The position numbers and the translations under genes were made by a program. The notes beneath the pieces were generated by a model. That model had not been told where the DNA came from, did no database searches, and saw only the letters and a list, made by a program, of their open reading frames with translations. DNA of 64,000 bases from a virus, in IMG/VR virus record IMGVR_UViG_3300023174_000121, positions 21,947 through 85,946 of that record. One strand, 5' to 3'. This document shows positions 46,841-57,073 of the stretch, one piece after another (the stretch's first letter is position 1; every line of letters begins with the position of its first letter).

Positions 46841-47971
46841 TTATACCGATAGTTTTTGATTCTGAGTCATGAAGTTCTTTTTACGCATAACAGTCTTTGC
46901 GACTAAATCCAACTCTTGAGAGTTTCTGTCCCAATTCAAAACGAATGGCATATTGATATTTGTTCTCATATCATTAAGTACAGCTTCAGCATCTGGACCT
47001 AGCTTTGAAATTTTCTTTCCATACTTCTCATAAGACTTTCTAAAAAGATCAGTCAATTCATCTGGAGTGATTTGTTTGACATTTCTTGCATCATTTACAC
47101 GATCCAAAAAGTGTCTTGTGAAATTAACATCTATGCCTACAGCTTTGAATAACTTGTCTGCATAGACTTCAATAGTTTTTAAATCTGCTTGAGTGATTTC
47201 TTTTGGCTTATTATCAAATTGCTCAGTAAACATTCCACTTTTACCATGACGTAAAAAGATCATTGATCCAGTCTTTTCATCTTGTAGAATGATTGGCTTC
47301 TTTGGATACTTTCTTCCAAAGTCTCTAATTGCATTACCAACATCATCTGAACCGACATACTTTTCATACTTTACGAATTTCTTTTTGCCCATTCTCGCAT
47401 TGTTAAATCTTTGCTGATCAACAACGAATACATCATTTTGTGCAAATCTGCGCATCATTACTTTAGTTGGTCGAGGAGGATCGCCTTGTGTTCCAGCAAT
47501 ATTGCCACCACCAACATTATTTGCTGGTGCGTCTTCATTCTTTTCTTTTCCTTGACAATGCGCTCTTTGTGAAAACCCTTTTGGATTGTTGCAATCAATA
47601 CTTCTTTTATATTTTTGCGACCACTTCTCATTTATAAGTTCTGATTTATTACAATAGTTCATAAAACGCTCTTCAAGATTTTCTTCAGTAAGATTCTTTT
47701 CTTCTTTTATAAGAAACAATGCTGCAGCGTATGATGCTAGTTTTGTTTTTCCAAATGGCAACACACCCAAAACCCTTTTAAGTTTCAACATCAATAAATC
47801 AAACTTAGTAAAAGACTCTTGCTCTTCTGCTGTTCTACGATCATACGCTTTCTTAATAAGATTGCCTTCAGCGTCAATTACGCCAGTCTTATATGCATCC
47901 CAGTTTTCGAATGGAGTTGTCAGTTGACGCAATACTCTATAAACAAGATATAAGTCTACTAAATTTGCCAT
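46841..47971 (-). CDS. multi-domain virion/internal head protein
   Basis: LTTPFENWDAYKTGVID, YAAALFLIKE, KYKRSIDC..PKGFSQRAHC, C-terminal HFLDR domain. Confidence 0.65.
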   Translation of the reverse strand: MANLVDLYLVYRVLRQLTTPFENWDAYKTGVIDAEGNLIKKAYDRRTAEEQESFTKFDLLMLKLKRVLGVLPFGKTKLASYAAALFLIKEEKNLTEENLEERFMNYCNKSELINEKWSQKYKRSIDCNNPKGFSQRAHCQGKEKNEDAPANNVGGGNIAGTQGDPPRPTKVMMRRFAQNDVFVVDQQRFNNARMGKKKFVKYEKYVGSDDVGNAIRDFGRKYPKKPIILQDEKTGSMIFLRHGKSGMFTEQFDNKPKEITQADLKTIEVYADKLFKAVGIDVNFTRHFLDRVNDARNVKQITPDELTDLFRKSYEKYGKKISKLGPDAEAVLNDMRTNINMPFVLNWDRNSQELDLVAKTVMRKKNFMTQNQKLSV

Positions 47972-47973
47972 CT

Positions 47974-48330
47974 CTAAATCTTCTTCTTTAGTTGATTGTA
48001 TAAATTTAAATCTAAAACATCCATATTTTCCGGAGCATCATAATTTAGGTAAAGAAAAAACGCATTGATGATATCGTGATTCTTTTTTTGAATCTTGAAT
48101 CTCAACATAGTTACAGTAGCTTCAACACCAAAAACATTTGAAAGAGAAATTATATGGTTTAATATCAATCTTTCTTTTAAGTCTTTTTTATCTGAGTATC
48201 TATTTACAAGTCTTTTAATGTATTTGATAGTTTGCAAATCATCAAGAAACTCTAAAATAGATACACAGTTTGGATTTACATAATTTTTTACTGCATATTC
48301 ATCAAAATTATCATCAGTCAAAACAATCAT
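47974..48330 (-). CDS. conserved T4-like hypothetical protein
   Basis: YAVKNY.NPNC, ERLILNHII.L.NVFG. Confidence 0.8.
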   Translation of the reverse strand: MIVLTDDNFDEYAVKNYVNPNCVSILEFLDDLQTIKYIKRLVNRYSDKKDLKERLILNHIISLSNVFGVEATVTMLRFKIQKKNHDIINAFFLYLNYDAPENMDVLDLNLYNQLKKKI

Positions 48331-48333
48331 AAA

Positions 48334-48861
48334 TTAGAATGTGCTTAATGCAGCCCTCTTAGTGACACCTGCACTTGTTGTGACGTAAATATAGTTTGCG
48401 TCCCAAGTAATTGTTCCAACCTGCCAATTGACAGATGAACTTGCTGGTGTATTCGCTGTACGAATTCTAACTGAGTCTGCATTAATATCAAGCGCAGACG
48501 TTGGAGAATTTGTAAGAATTCCAATTCTATCAGTAGATGCTTTAACATAAAACATATTCTCTTGATTGTCTGATTTGATTTGTGTATCAGACGCAGCACC
48601 ACTACTATTAATAACTACGCCTGTGCTAATAGTTACTGTGTTTGATGCAGTGAATGTGAAATTATTTGCGACTAATGTTGTATCACCAGTTGCAGTTAAA
48701 GCAATTGCATTTACGCTTACTGGTGATGTTGTTCCAAAAAAATCACCAATAGTAATTTTTTTGCTAATTGGGGATCCTAAAGGATCATCAATAATTAACA
48801 ACAAGTCTTCTTTTGTTGGTACAGTCAATGCGGCTAACTGCGTTACCTTCTTATCTGCCAT
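48334..48861 (-). CDS. putative virion structural protein
   Basis: MADKKVTQL, DDPLGSPISKKIT, GTITWDANYIYV. Confidence 0.7.
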   Translation of the reverse strand: MADKKVTQLAALTVPTKEDLLLIIDDPLGSPISKKITIGDFFGTTSPVSVNAIALTATGDTTLVANNFTFTASNTVTISTGVVINSSGAASDTQIKSDNQENMFYVKASTDRIGILTNSPTSALDINADSVRIRTANTPASSSVNWQVGTITWDANYIYVTTSAGVTKRAALSTF

Positions 48862-48962
48862 TCTTTTCTCCTAATGTAAACCCAATTGAATGGGAATGCT
48901 ACTACCGGGACTCGGACCAAAATGGGTGATAGTTTTACCTATCACCCCATAAGATAAAGTTT

Positions 48963-49769
48963 TTATACTGTAATCAATAGTGCGTTTGCAGATGTTGTGT
49001 TTGCAGACTGACCAACTGAAGACATTGTGACGCGGAAGATCGCATTCGATAGTCCACCACCACCAGCAGCAATTGTATTGTTTGCAATTGTCAATGTTGC
49101 ATTGGTTGTGTTTGTGTATGTACCAGTGTTTGTTAGATCCACGAATGCTGCATTTGCATTCGCTGCGCGCTGCCAACGGTAGTTGATTGTATTTCCAGTA
49201 GGCTGAATTGTTGCAACAATTGTAAACGATGCTGCCGAATTGTTGGCTGCCGAGTTTGCACTTGGTTGTGTAACAATAGTAATGAAACTGTCTGGGAATG
49301 TTGCATCGTCATCTGTATCATTGTAAATATTCGGGAATGCAACTAATGTCTCATACTTTTTACGAGAATTACCATGCATGTCGGTATATCGAATAACGTT
49401 TACCCAACCAGCATGTGTGTGTGAATCAGCTCTAGCTTCATTTGAATCGACACCAAATGTGTAGATTGTGTTTGCTAATTGTGAACTTTGAACTGTTGCA
49501 CTATTAGCTGTTAACCATTTTGGTGTGTCTCTTCCATAAATAGTTGTAGCAACGTTAGCAGCTGTCCAAGCAGGTTCAAATGTCAATGATGTATTGCTTG
49601 CAATTGATAGAATTTTGCGGCTTGAGCCATTAATTAAAATTGTACTACCAACTTGAAGTTCTGTTGTAAAAACAGTTCCAGTTCCTGTTAAAATTGATGT
49701 ATTAACTGTGTTATTTGCAAAAGCAGTTCCAGTTAATGTGAAAGTGTCTCTTTGTCCCCATAGTGCCAT
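48963..49769 (-). CDS. virion structural protein with Ig-like domain
   Basis: MALWG, HAGWV...ETLVA, TQPS...YRWQ. Confidence 0.75.
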   Translation of the reverse strand: MALWGQRDTFTLTGTAFANNTVNTSILTGTGTVFTTELQVGSTILINGSSRKILSIASNTSLTFEPAWTAANVATTIYGRDTPKWLTANSATVQSSQLANTIYTFGVDSNEARADSHTHAGWVNVIRYTDMHGNSRKKYETLVAFPNIYNDTDDDATFPDSFITIVTQPSANSAANNSAASFTIVATIQPTGNTINYRWQRAANANAAFVDLTNTGTYTNTTNATLTIANNTIAAGGGGLSNAIFRVTMSSVGQSANTTSANALLITV

Positions 49770-49782
49770 GGTGGTCTCCTTT

Positions 49783-50277
49783 TTAGTATCCTAGTTTTCT
49801 TAATTGCGAAATTGTATTCATACTATTTATATGGCGAACTCCAACACCACCTTTAGCAATCCACTCTTTAATGTTCTTTTCGTAATCGTCAATTAAAAGA
49901 TTTGGTCTTCCATCTTCACTTACTGCATATTGTTGTTTATCTTCTCTTGGAACAAGAAGAATTTTTTCTACATGACCCAAATGTTTTCTAACCCATTCAA
50001 TCTTTTCTGGCTTACATGTAATCATGCGCTTAGATGGAGTCGATAGAATATATGGATTATGTGGACGAATGAATCTCCAAAGTGTTAGTGCATCTGGCAT
50101 AGGCTCTAGATTCGCCCAAAACTTTGGAACTTGTTTCATTGCTTCCCACTTAGCATTCTTTTCTTCTTCTGGAAAAGGTTTTAGTCCAGCAGCAGCTAAC
50201 ACTTTATTAGCACCACCGACGAAGTTAACCAAAACCTGATCCATGTCACAATAAATTTGAGGCAATTCATTCGTCAT
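49783..50277 (-). CDS. 5'(3')-deoxyribonucleotidase-like HAD hydrolase
   Basis: IYCDMDQVLVNF, ILST, K..W, LLIDD. Confidence 0.85.
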   Translation of the reverse strand: MTNELPQIYCDMDQVLVNFVGGANKVLAAAGLKPFPEEEKNAKWEAMKQVPKFWANLEPMPDALTLWRFIRPHNPYILSTPSKRMITCKPEKIEWVRKHLGHVEKILLVPREDKQQYAVSEDGRPNLLIDDYEKNIKEWIAKGGVGVRHINSMNTISQLRKLGY

Positions 50278-50278
50278 T

Positions 50279-52036
50279 TTAACTCTTCATCTCTGGATTA
50301 ATTTCAATTGGCTCTTTCTTTCCAGTCAATTGATCGCCCTTTTCGACGTTTGCTTTGCTTGGAGTTTCTTCTTCTTTCTTCATCATTTTCTTTTTAGCTA
50401 AGTCTTTAACACGCTTCACAACTCTAGATGCTTCTGAAACAACTTCTTCATTAGCTGAAACATTTCCAACAGTTTTGATTTTAACTTTAGCATCAACACC
50501 TAAGTCTTTAAACGCTTTGTTGAATTTCTTCTCTAAAGGCTTTCCACCAGATTTGAATTCTGGAATCTTCTCTTCTTTTTTCATATTATCAGAACCAGTA
50601 GCAAGCCATTTAGCAACACCAGTTTTTGTCACTTGTCCCTTCATCAATTTTTTTGTTTCTTGATTGATTGGCTGACTTTCATCTGTCAATTGCTTTTCAG
50701 CTTTATTCAATTTTTGATTATACGAACGCTCTAAACTGTCTGATTTTGGACTACCATTTTGTTCTAATTGAACTTCTTCTTTCTTAACGTCATGTCCATA
50801 TTTCTTTTTATACCAATCTGGCATACCATTCTTTTGACGGAAGTATCTAACTGTCGCAGCATCATTAGCTTGATCGCGATATTTGTTCTCTGCATTAGTA
50901 TTGTGACCTTTCATTGCTTCTGCAGCTTTGTGTGCGTCTTTACCAATGTAAATTAATTCAGCATCACTCTTCTTGTGATAGTCATGGCCTTCTAATGGAT
51001 GACGCTGTGATGGGCGTCCTTCATCCAATTGTGTTTCTTCATTAGTTTTTGATCTAACAATTCCGTTACCACCTTTTTCTTTTACCGATGATAAAAACTT
51101 ATGTGCATCATCTTTTGATTTATAATGTGCAACTGCAATTTTTGGATCAGTTTTTTTCATTTTATACAAAACAGAATGTTGTTCTTCTTTAAGTTCAATT
51201 TCTTCTTTTTTCATGCCCATGCGATTGACACGATTCTTTGCAAGACCAGAAACAAACTTAATACCTGCGTCTGAAAGTGTTTGCAATTCTGGCTTACCCA
51301 ACTTATCTAACATAGAAATAAGTTTCTTATAGTTATCGCTAGACGGATCAATTCTATCAATCTTAGAATACTCAGCTTTCATTCTACTAATTTGTGCTGA
51401 ACTAATTCCTTCTTGCAATTTAACTTCTTCATCCATATCATCTGGATCACTTTCATCTTTTCCTTTTGCAGTCCATTTAACGGATGATTGCTTCTTTCCG
51501 TCAACTTTTCTTGCAATTTTATTCTTGTCATCAAACCATGTATATGAACCATCAGAATTTTGTTTAACACGATGACCCATATTCATGTGTGCTTTCATTG
51601 CTGCATCATTTTCATCTAAAGTCTCGGACTCAGCAACTTTCTTTTTCACTTCACCAGTCTTTGGATTTACATGATCGCCTTTGCTTACGCCAGACTTATA
51701 AACTTTTTCGCCAGTTGTTGGATGAACAAAATAGTCACCTCTCTTTGGATCATATCCAATAGATTTGACTTTGTATTGTTCGCCACCTTCTTCTAAATCT
51801 TGATCTTCATCCATATTTCCATTAGATGCAAGTCTTTCTTTACGTCTTTGTGCGGCAAAGTCCGCACCTTGTGGTTTCTTTTTATTGCGTAAAGCAGAAA
51901 GATCCTCACCATCAATCTTGCCATTCTTATTCTTGTCGATTTTCTTTTGCTTGTCGCTTAGTTCTTCAGACAATACACCTTTAACTGCGTCCAAAAGACC
52001 TTTAGGCAATCCCATTTTATCTGCTAGTGTTGACAT
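50279..52036 (-). CDS. K/E-rich putative internal head/core protein
   Basis: Repeated L-x-E motifs (LEE, LDE, LQE, LKE) and DKNKNGKIDGED. Confidence 0.6.
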   Translation of the reverse strand: MSTLADKMGLPKGLLDAVKGVLSEELSDKQKKIDKNKNGKIDGEDLSALRNKKKPQGADFAAQRRKERLASNGNMDEDQDLEEGGEQYKVKSIGYDPKRGDYFVHPTTGEKVYKSGVSKGDHVNPKTGEVKKKVAESETLDENDAAMKAHMNMGHRVKQNSDGSYTWFDDKNKIARKVDGKKQSSVKWTAKGKDESDPDDMDEEVKLQEGISSAQISRMKAEYSKIDRIDPSSDNYKKLISMLDKLGKPELQTLSDAGIKFVSGLAKNRVNRMGMKKEEIELKEEQHSVLYKMKKTDPKIAVAHYKSKDDAHKFLSSVKEKGGNGIVRSKTNEETQLDEGRPSQRHPLEGHDYHKKSDAELIYIGKDAHKAAEAMKGHNTNAENKYRDQANDAATVRYFRQKNGMPDWYKKKYGHDVKKEEVQLEQNGSPKSDSLERSYNQKLNKAEKQLTDESQPINQETKKLMKGQVTKTGVAKWLATGSDNMKKEEKIPEFKSGGKPLEKKFNKAFKDLGVDAKVKIKTVGNVSANEEVVSEASRVVKRVKDLAKKKMMKKEEETPSKANVEKGDQLTGKKEPIEINPEMKS

Positions 52037-52081
52037 TTTACTATCTCCTGTATTTTTTAATCTGAATTACTTATATTAAGG

Positions 52082-52666
52082 CTATACGAATAGTGATGGC
52101 GTTTCATACGCACCAGAAATATCGAAATGGCTTGTGTTTGATGTTGCGCCAACTGGTGTGTTGGCTTTCCACGCAAGGTCTGTTGTGCTACCGGAATAGT
52201 AAAATAACATTGTTGTATTTCCCGTTGTATCGAGATCCGTAATACCCGCTATATGGTATTTTGTATCTCCAGTTACCTGATGTAATGTTCCACCTCGTTG
52301 TGTCATCGTTGAGCTTGATGCAAAAGGCAATGTGCATTGAAATTGACTGTTTGCACCAAAATCTGTTGTGTTTGCAAAACTTACGTTCACTCTAAAGTGG
52401 ACAATCGCACCTTGTTTGACATAACTTCCTGTTGATACTGTGCCAGATAATGTATTACCAGATACAGTTTTGAATTGTGGGTCAAATGATGAACTGATCG
52501 AAGAAATGCCAAAAGGTATGCCACCAGGCGTTGTGCCATTAGAAAGTCTCAGTGGCGTTGTGCCATCTACATCATAGAATACTTCACCAATTGTACCGAT
52601 GTAAGTATTAGCCCGTGTGCCACCCATTTTGTCGGTGAATATTTTAAATGTTGAATTAGTTGTCAT
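52082..52666 (-). CDS. putative virion structural protein
   Basis: GEVFYD...LRLSNGTTPGG; T/S/G-rich. Confidence 0.6.
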   Translation of the reverse strand: MTTNSTFKIFTDKMGGTRANTYIGTIGEVFYDVDGTTPLRLSNGTTPGGIPFGISSISSSFDPQFKTVSGNTLSGTVSTGSYVKQGAIVHFRVNVSFANTTDFGANSQFQCTLPFASSSTMTQRGGTLHQVTGDTKYHIAGITDLDTTGNTTMLFYYSGSTTDLAWKANTPVGATSNTSHFDISGAYETPSLFV

Positions 52667-52692
52667 TGTATCTCTCTCGTATTACTCTCGTA

Positions 52693-55600
52693 TTAACTAT
52701 CTACTTTGGAACCAGCACGCCATTGATAGCATGACCAATAGTTTGCTTTCCACTTAGGACCTGGATTATCGCAACCATGTCTTGCTCTATAACTTGCTCT
52801 ACGTTCAGGATCGTCACGTTTGATTTCCATATTAGGATCACCAAATCTAACAATCACAACATCACCATTTGGTCCCATAGTATAAACGCCAAACTTTTTA
52901 TTTTCGCCTGGTGTTCTAAAAGGATCATTTAATTTAACAGTTTTACCTTGATAATCTGCTTCAACTAAAATATTTTCCCAATCTACAGTTTCGACAATCT
53001 CATCTTTACAATCACCACAACATGAAGTTTCTTCATCAAAAATCTTTTTCTTTCTTTGTGTAGTGATATCATTCAATGTATTCATCACACTATTTGCTGA
53101 ATATTTAGCCGTAATGATATCTGGGCTTTGTCCTGGAGTTGCTCTTGCATAAGACATTCTTAGTGCATCTGTTCCCCATTCTAATGCTTCAGCGAATTTA
53201 GAGAACTCTTCATTCTTTTTTACTTTAGATGCTAAGTCACTATCCGCTCCACCCCAGGTACCTTGACCTTTTGTAATGAATGAATTAACTCTAGCAAATG
53301 CCCATTGCTGTGGTGTAGTTCCTGGACGATGACCACCTTGCCATGCAGCCATACCACGATTGTAGACTTGTTTCAATATGCTATATGAAATGCCAGACTT
53401 TTCAGCTTTCTTTTGAAGCCCCTCAATTTCTTCGATGATTGGTCTAAATTCTTCATATGCTGAACCATAATCACTTGCTGGTGCATCCATTGTGTATTGG
53501 TCAAGAACGGAATCATCGATTTCACCAGAATATTCTCCATCGTCATCTTCTTCGTCACCCATTTCAAAATTATCTTCAAATTGCAAATAGTCTGATGCAG
53601 TTGCAATGTAATCAGCAGCCTTTGTAATCTTTGAAAGAACCCACTGATCTGGTTCTTCGTCCATTTCATCAAGCATATCTAATAAATCGTTTGCATCTTC
53701 AATCATGTTTGCTAATTCGATTTGAGCCATTTCGATTCCATCCATTTCTGGAGAATCTTCGTAATTATCTTCATAATCATCCATAGACTCTTTAACTACT
53801 TTGAAATAGTCTTCAGCGTCTTTTTTACTCTTAAATGTTCTAGTCTCGCTTGATAGTTTTCCTGTCACTTTCCACTCAGTTCCATTTCCAGACTTTCCTG
53901 CTGGAGTAGAAATCTTTTCAATCTTTGGTGTAGACTTTGATGCTGGAGTAATATACTTTTTAAATTTATCATCAACAGATTCTTTTTGCAATTGCTTTCT
54001 TGTCATTCCAAATAGACTATCAGAAGATAGAACCATATCTAGAAGTGTAGATAGCAAATCATTTGTTGCAGACTTTTCTTGTGTGCTTAATTGATCGCCA
54101 GATTTTAGTTTCTCCATTGAACGCTTGAGAACAGATAACATCTTTGTGTCAGCTAATCCCATGCGAACTAATTGGTCTAGTCTTGATGATTCTTTTCTAT
54201 CCATAGATTCACCATACATCTTTTTAAATTTAAGTGTGTGTTTTGATTGAGGCATTCCTTTTTCTCTCGCTTCTTTATCTCCTGGCGCATCTTCATAGCC
54301 AGACTTATCTGAATCTGATTTTGGTCCATTCTTTTCAAAATGAGCTGATCGTAATTCTTTTGTATTTTTATCTAGTCCAGCATAATATTTTTTAGGCTGA
54401 GTGCCTTCTTTACTTTTAATATCTGGATCTTGAGCAACTTCATTCAAATTAAAAGTTAGAGAAAATAACTCATCCATTGTGCTTTCTCTTTTCATCAATG
54501 CTTTTTGTTTTCTTTGCATTTCTTTTTGTCTTTCAGCACCAACTAATCTTGCTGCAAGTTTTTTAATTCCCGGCAACATCTTCTGTAGTCTTGTGTCTAC
54601 GCTAATCTTTTCGCCTGTGCTTAATGATGCATAATTCTTCCCGCCAGTAATTCTAGCCCTAAACAATTTGTATGCATCTTTAACTGCACGACCTTTTAGG
54701 CGTTTAGGATCAGCAAATCGTTTCGCTTGAGCAAGTCTTGTTCTAAGTAAACGCTTCTGCATTCTCTTAAATCTTTGACCTCTTGCAAGTCTTTGTGAAT
54801 AGCCCAAAATAGATTCGTTTTTCTCGTCTTCTTTTTTCTTTTGATCGTGAGAATTAATCATTGCTGTCAATCTCCTTTCTCTATCTTGTGCTGCAGCGTA
54901 TGGCTTGTTTCGTTCTCTTTCTTTTTCAATTGCTCTCTGTATTTTTTGTGCAGCAGTTAGTTTAATCTTTGCTTCATCTAAGTCTTCTTTTACTACTTTC
55001 TTTGGATTATTACCTGGTCTCTTCACTTTGATTTGTCCCGATGAAAGACCAGTCTGAAACTTTTCCATGTGCTTCTTTGCTTCAGCACTAGAAAACATTG
55101 GTCCTAGATGTTTATGAAATTGTTCTAAATCACCCTTTTCTGCAGCAGTTCTCATTGCTGTTCCAGACATTCCATGCGATCTATCAGAGTCTTCTGGATG
55201 ATGAATAGTGATAGAAGTCCATCTATTGTCTCCCATCTCTTTAATCTTACCAGCTTCTAATGATGCCTTTAGTCCTTGTGCAAAATCTTTTCTATCGTGT
55301 CCGACTAGAATGTGTAAATGCTTTTCACCAGTCTTAGGTAAAGCATTGTATGCATTAGCAATAGTTTCTCCACCAGACTTTACCAAATGCGTTTGTAGAT
55401 TAGACTGCTTCCATTGTTTGGAAAGAATATCTTTTCTTTCTTCTCCAGAGTAAAGATCAGCTTTATTTGAAACGCCAATATGCTTTGCGCCAGGCAATTT
55501 CTTTAAAGCTGCACCAAGATCAAGTGCATGTCCCATGTGCGATATTGGAGAAAATCCAGTCAAAGGAATAACACTAGCGTGATGTACATCGTCTTTCTTT

Positions 55601-57072
55601 TCTAAAATAGGATTAAAACTTTCTTTTGCTAAACTAGTAGTAACCCATGGATCCATGATCACTAATGTTTTACCTCTTTGCATTACATTGCTATTATTAA
55701 AATCCATAATATCAATACTAAAATCTAATTTACGACCAGTCGATATAATCGATTTCATCGTTTCATAAAACTTTGCATATTTTTTATATTCTGGATTTAG
55801 TGGTTTATTCTGTTCAGCATCATCTACCATATCTAAAATCATATCATCATAATCTGGATCTAGTTCTTGCAATCGTTCCATTGCTATTTGTCGAAACTGT
55901 TCACCATCCATTTCAAATGTTGCATGATGCTGTCCCTGAACTTCTACAAATTTTGGTAGATGTGGATTGCTTTTATTCTTTTGACAATAATCATAAAATG
56001 CTAGAAAAGTATTGTCAGCAGTTTTAATGTCACCAGATTCTGGTACTAGTATTTTAATAACTGGTCCTGTCTTTTTAGCAAACACTTGTGCATCTGTTCC
56101 ATCGCCAAGTTGGCCATAACCCAATTTGTGCATATGGGCGCGAATCAAATCGACATGTTTTTTATGATCAAATTCATTTAATGTGTTTTCAGCAACAGTA
56201 TCTTTAACTCCAAGCTGCTTTCTTAAAAGTTCTAATGCTGGCTTGTTATTGATATGTTTATTTGTTTTAGTTACATCACCCTTAAACTTATCATAAATTG
56301 CTTGATGATGTGACTTAGGTATGTGCTTTTTAATTAGTTGTACAATACCTTGAAAAGAATGTAATTGTTTAGCATCAGCATTTGATCCAAACAATGTTTT
56401 TGTCATTTTTTCAATGCTATTTTCCCAAGCAGCGTCTTTATTTGTTCTTGATCCAACGCCATATAGGATTGAAAATTTGTGTTGATCTGTTCCAACAGCA
56501 TTTAATAGTTGCTTATGATGTACGCCTTTGATACCAAGTTTTGTATCACTCCAATCGGCTGAATGTGCAAACTGATCAAACTCTGAAGGCTCATGGTCAC
56601 TATATGCAGACTTCTCAAAATCTAGCTGATGATGTTCTCCACTATCATGGCGCATAATTGCATGATGTTCTGCACCACCACTCTTCATTCCAACGTATGT
56701 GTATTTGCCGAACTTTTGCCCAGGAGTTAAATGCTGTGCTATTGTTGGCATATGTTCTTGTGGAATCTTTACGTCAATGTCACCAGCTTCTTTTTTATGT
56801 GTAGTAAACTCAACATCAGAAATACTTTTGTTCATTAGACTTTTAGTCGAACCAGAATACGTTGTTCCAGTTGCTAATGCCTTTGCGTCTTTACCAAATA
56901 GATCTGCACCGTATGCTTTATTAAATGATTGATGCATTGCATGAAGCATATCATATGTATCTTTTTGAACTTGCGCTCTATTTTCTGGAGTGATTTTAAT
57001 TGGAACAGCAGTCTCACCAGTCTTTAATTTGACATTGCCACCTTCATCTAATATTTCTTTAAACGACAACAT
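52693..57072 (-). CDS. large multidomain polyprotein: nucleotidyltransferase-like + kinase-like + HxGH cytidyltransferase-like + C-terminal head-protein domains
   Basis: SGS...GDIDV; LGDGTDAQVF..VIK...HLPK...MERL...NVM...IMDP; HMGH...GMSGT; PQQWAFARVNSF; FGDPNM...RARHGC. Confidence 0.7.
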   Translation of the reverse strand: MLSFKEILDEGGNVKLKTGETAVPIKITPENRAQVQKDTYDMLHAMHQSFNKAYGADLFGKDAKALATGTTYSGSTKSLMNKSISDVEFTTHKKEAGDIDVKIPQEHMPTIAQHLTPGQKFGKYTYVGMKSGGAEHHAIMRHDSGEHHQLDFEKSAYSDHEPSEFDQFAHSADWSDTKLGIKGVHHKQLLNAVGTDQHKFSILYGVGSRTNKDAAWENSIEKMTKTLFGSNADAKQLHSFQGIVQLIKKHIPKSHHQAIYDKFKGDVTKTNKHINNKPALELLRKQLGVKDTVAENTLNEFDHKKHVDLIRAHMHKLGYGQLGDGTDAQVFAKKTGPVIKILVPESGDIKTADNTFLAFYDYCQKNKSNPHLPKFVEVQGQHHATFEMDGEQFRQIAMERLQELDPDYDDMILDMVDDAEQNKPLNPEYKKYAKFYETMKSIISTGRKLDFSIDIMDFNNSNVMQRGKTLVIMDPWVTTSLAKESFNPILEKKDDVHHASVIPLTGFSPISHMGHALDLGAALKKLPGAKHIGVSNKADLYSGEERKDILSKQWKQSNLQTHLVKSGGETIANAYNALPKTGEKHLHILVGHDRKDFAQGLKASLEAGKIKEMGDNRWTSITIHHPEDSDRSHGMSGTAMRTAAEKGDLEQFHKHLGPMFSSAEAKKHMEKFQTGLSSGQIKVKRPGNNPKKVVKEDLDEAKIKLTAAQKIQRAIEKERERNKPYAAAQDRERRLTAMINSHDQKKKEDEKNESILGYSQRLARGQRFKRMQKRLLRTRLAQAKRFADPKRLKGRAVKDAYKLFRARITGGKNYASLSTGEKISVDTRLQKMLPGIKKLAARLVGAERQKEMQRKQKALMKRESTMDELFSLTFNLNEVAQDPDIKSKEGTQPKKYYAGLDKNTKELRSAHFEKNGPKSDSDKSGYEDAPGDKEAREKGMPQSKHTLKFKKMYGESMDRKESSRLDQLVRMGLADTKMLSVLKRSMEKLKSGDQLSTQEKSATNDLLSTLLDMVLSSDSLFGMTRKQLQKESVDDKFKKYITPASKSTPKIEKISTPAGKSGNGTEWKVTGKLSSETRTFKSKKDAEDYFKVVKESMDDYEDNYEDSPEMDGIEMAQIELANMIEDANDLLDMLDEMDEEPDQWVLSKITKAADYIATASDYLQFEDNFEMGDEEDDDGEYSGEIDDSVLDQYTMDAPASDYGSAYEEFRPIIEEIEGLQKKAEKSGISYSILKQVYNRGMAAWQGGHRPGTTPQQWAFARVNSFITKGQGTWGGADSDLASKVKKNEEFSKFAEALEWGTDALRMSYARATPGQSPDIITAKYSANSVMNTLNDITTQRKKKIFDEETSCCGDCKDEIVETVDWENILVEADYQGKTVKLNDPFRTPGENKKFGVYTMGPNGDVVIVRFGDPNMEIKRDDPERRASYRARHGCDNPGPKWKANYWSCYQWRAGSKVDS

Positions 57073-57073
57073 T

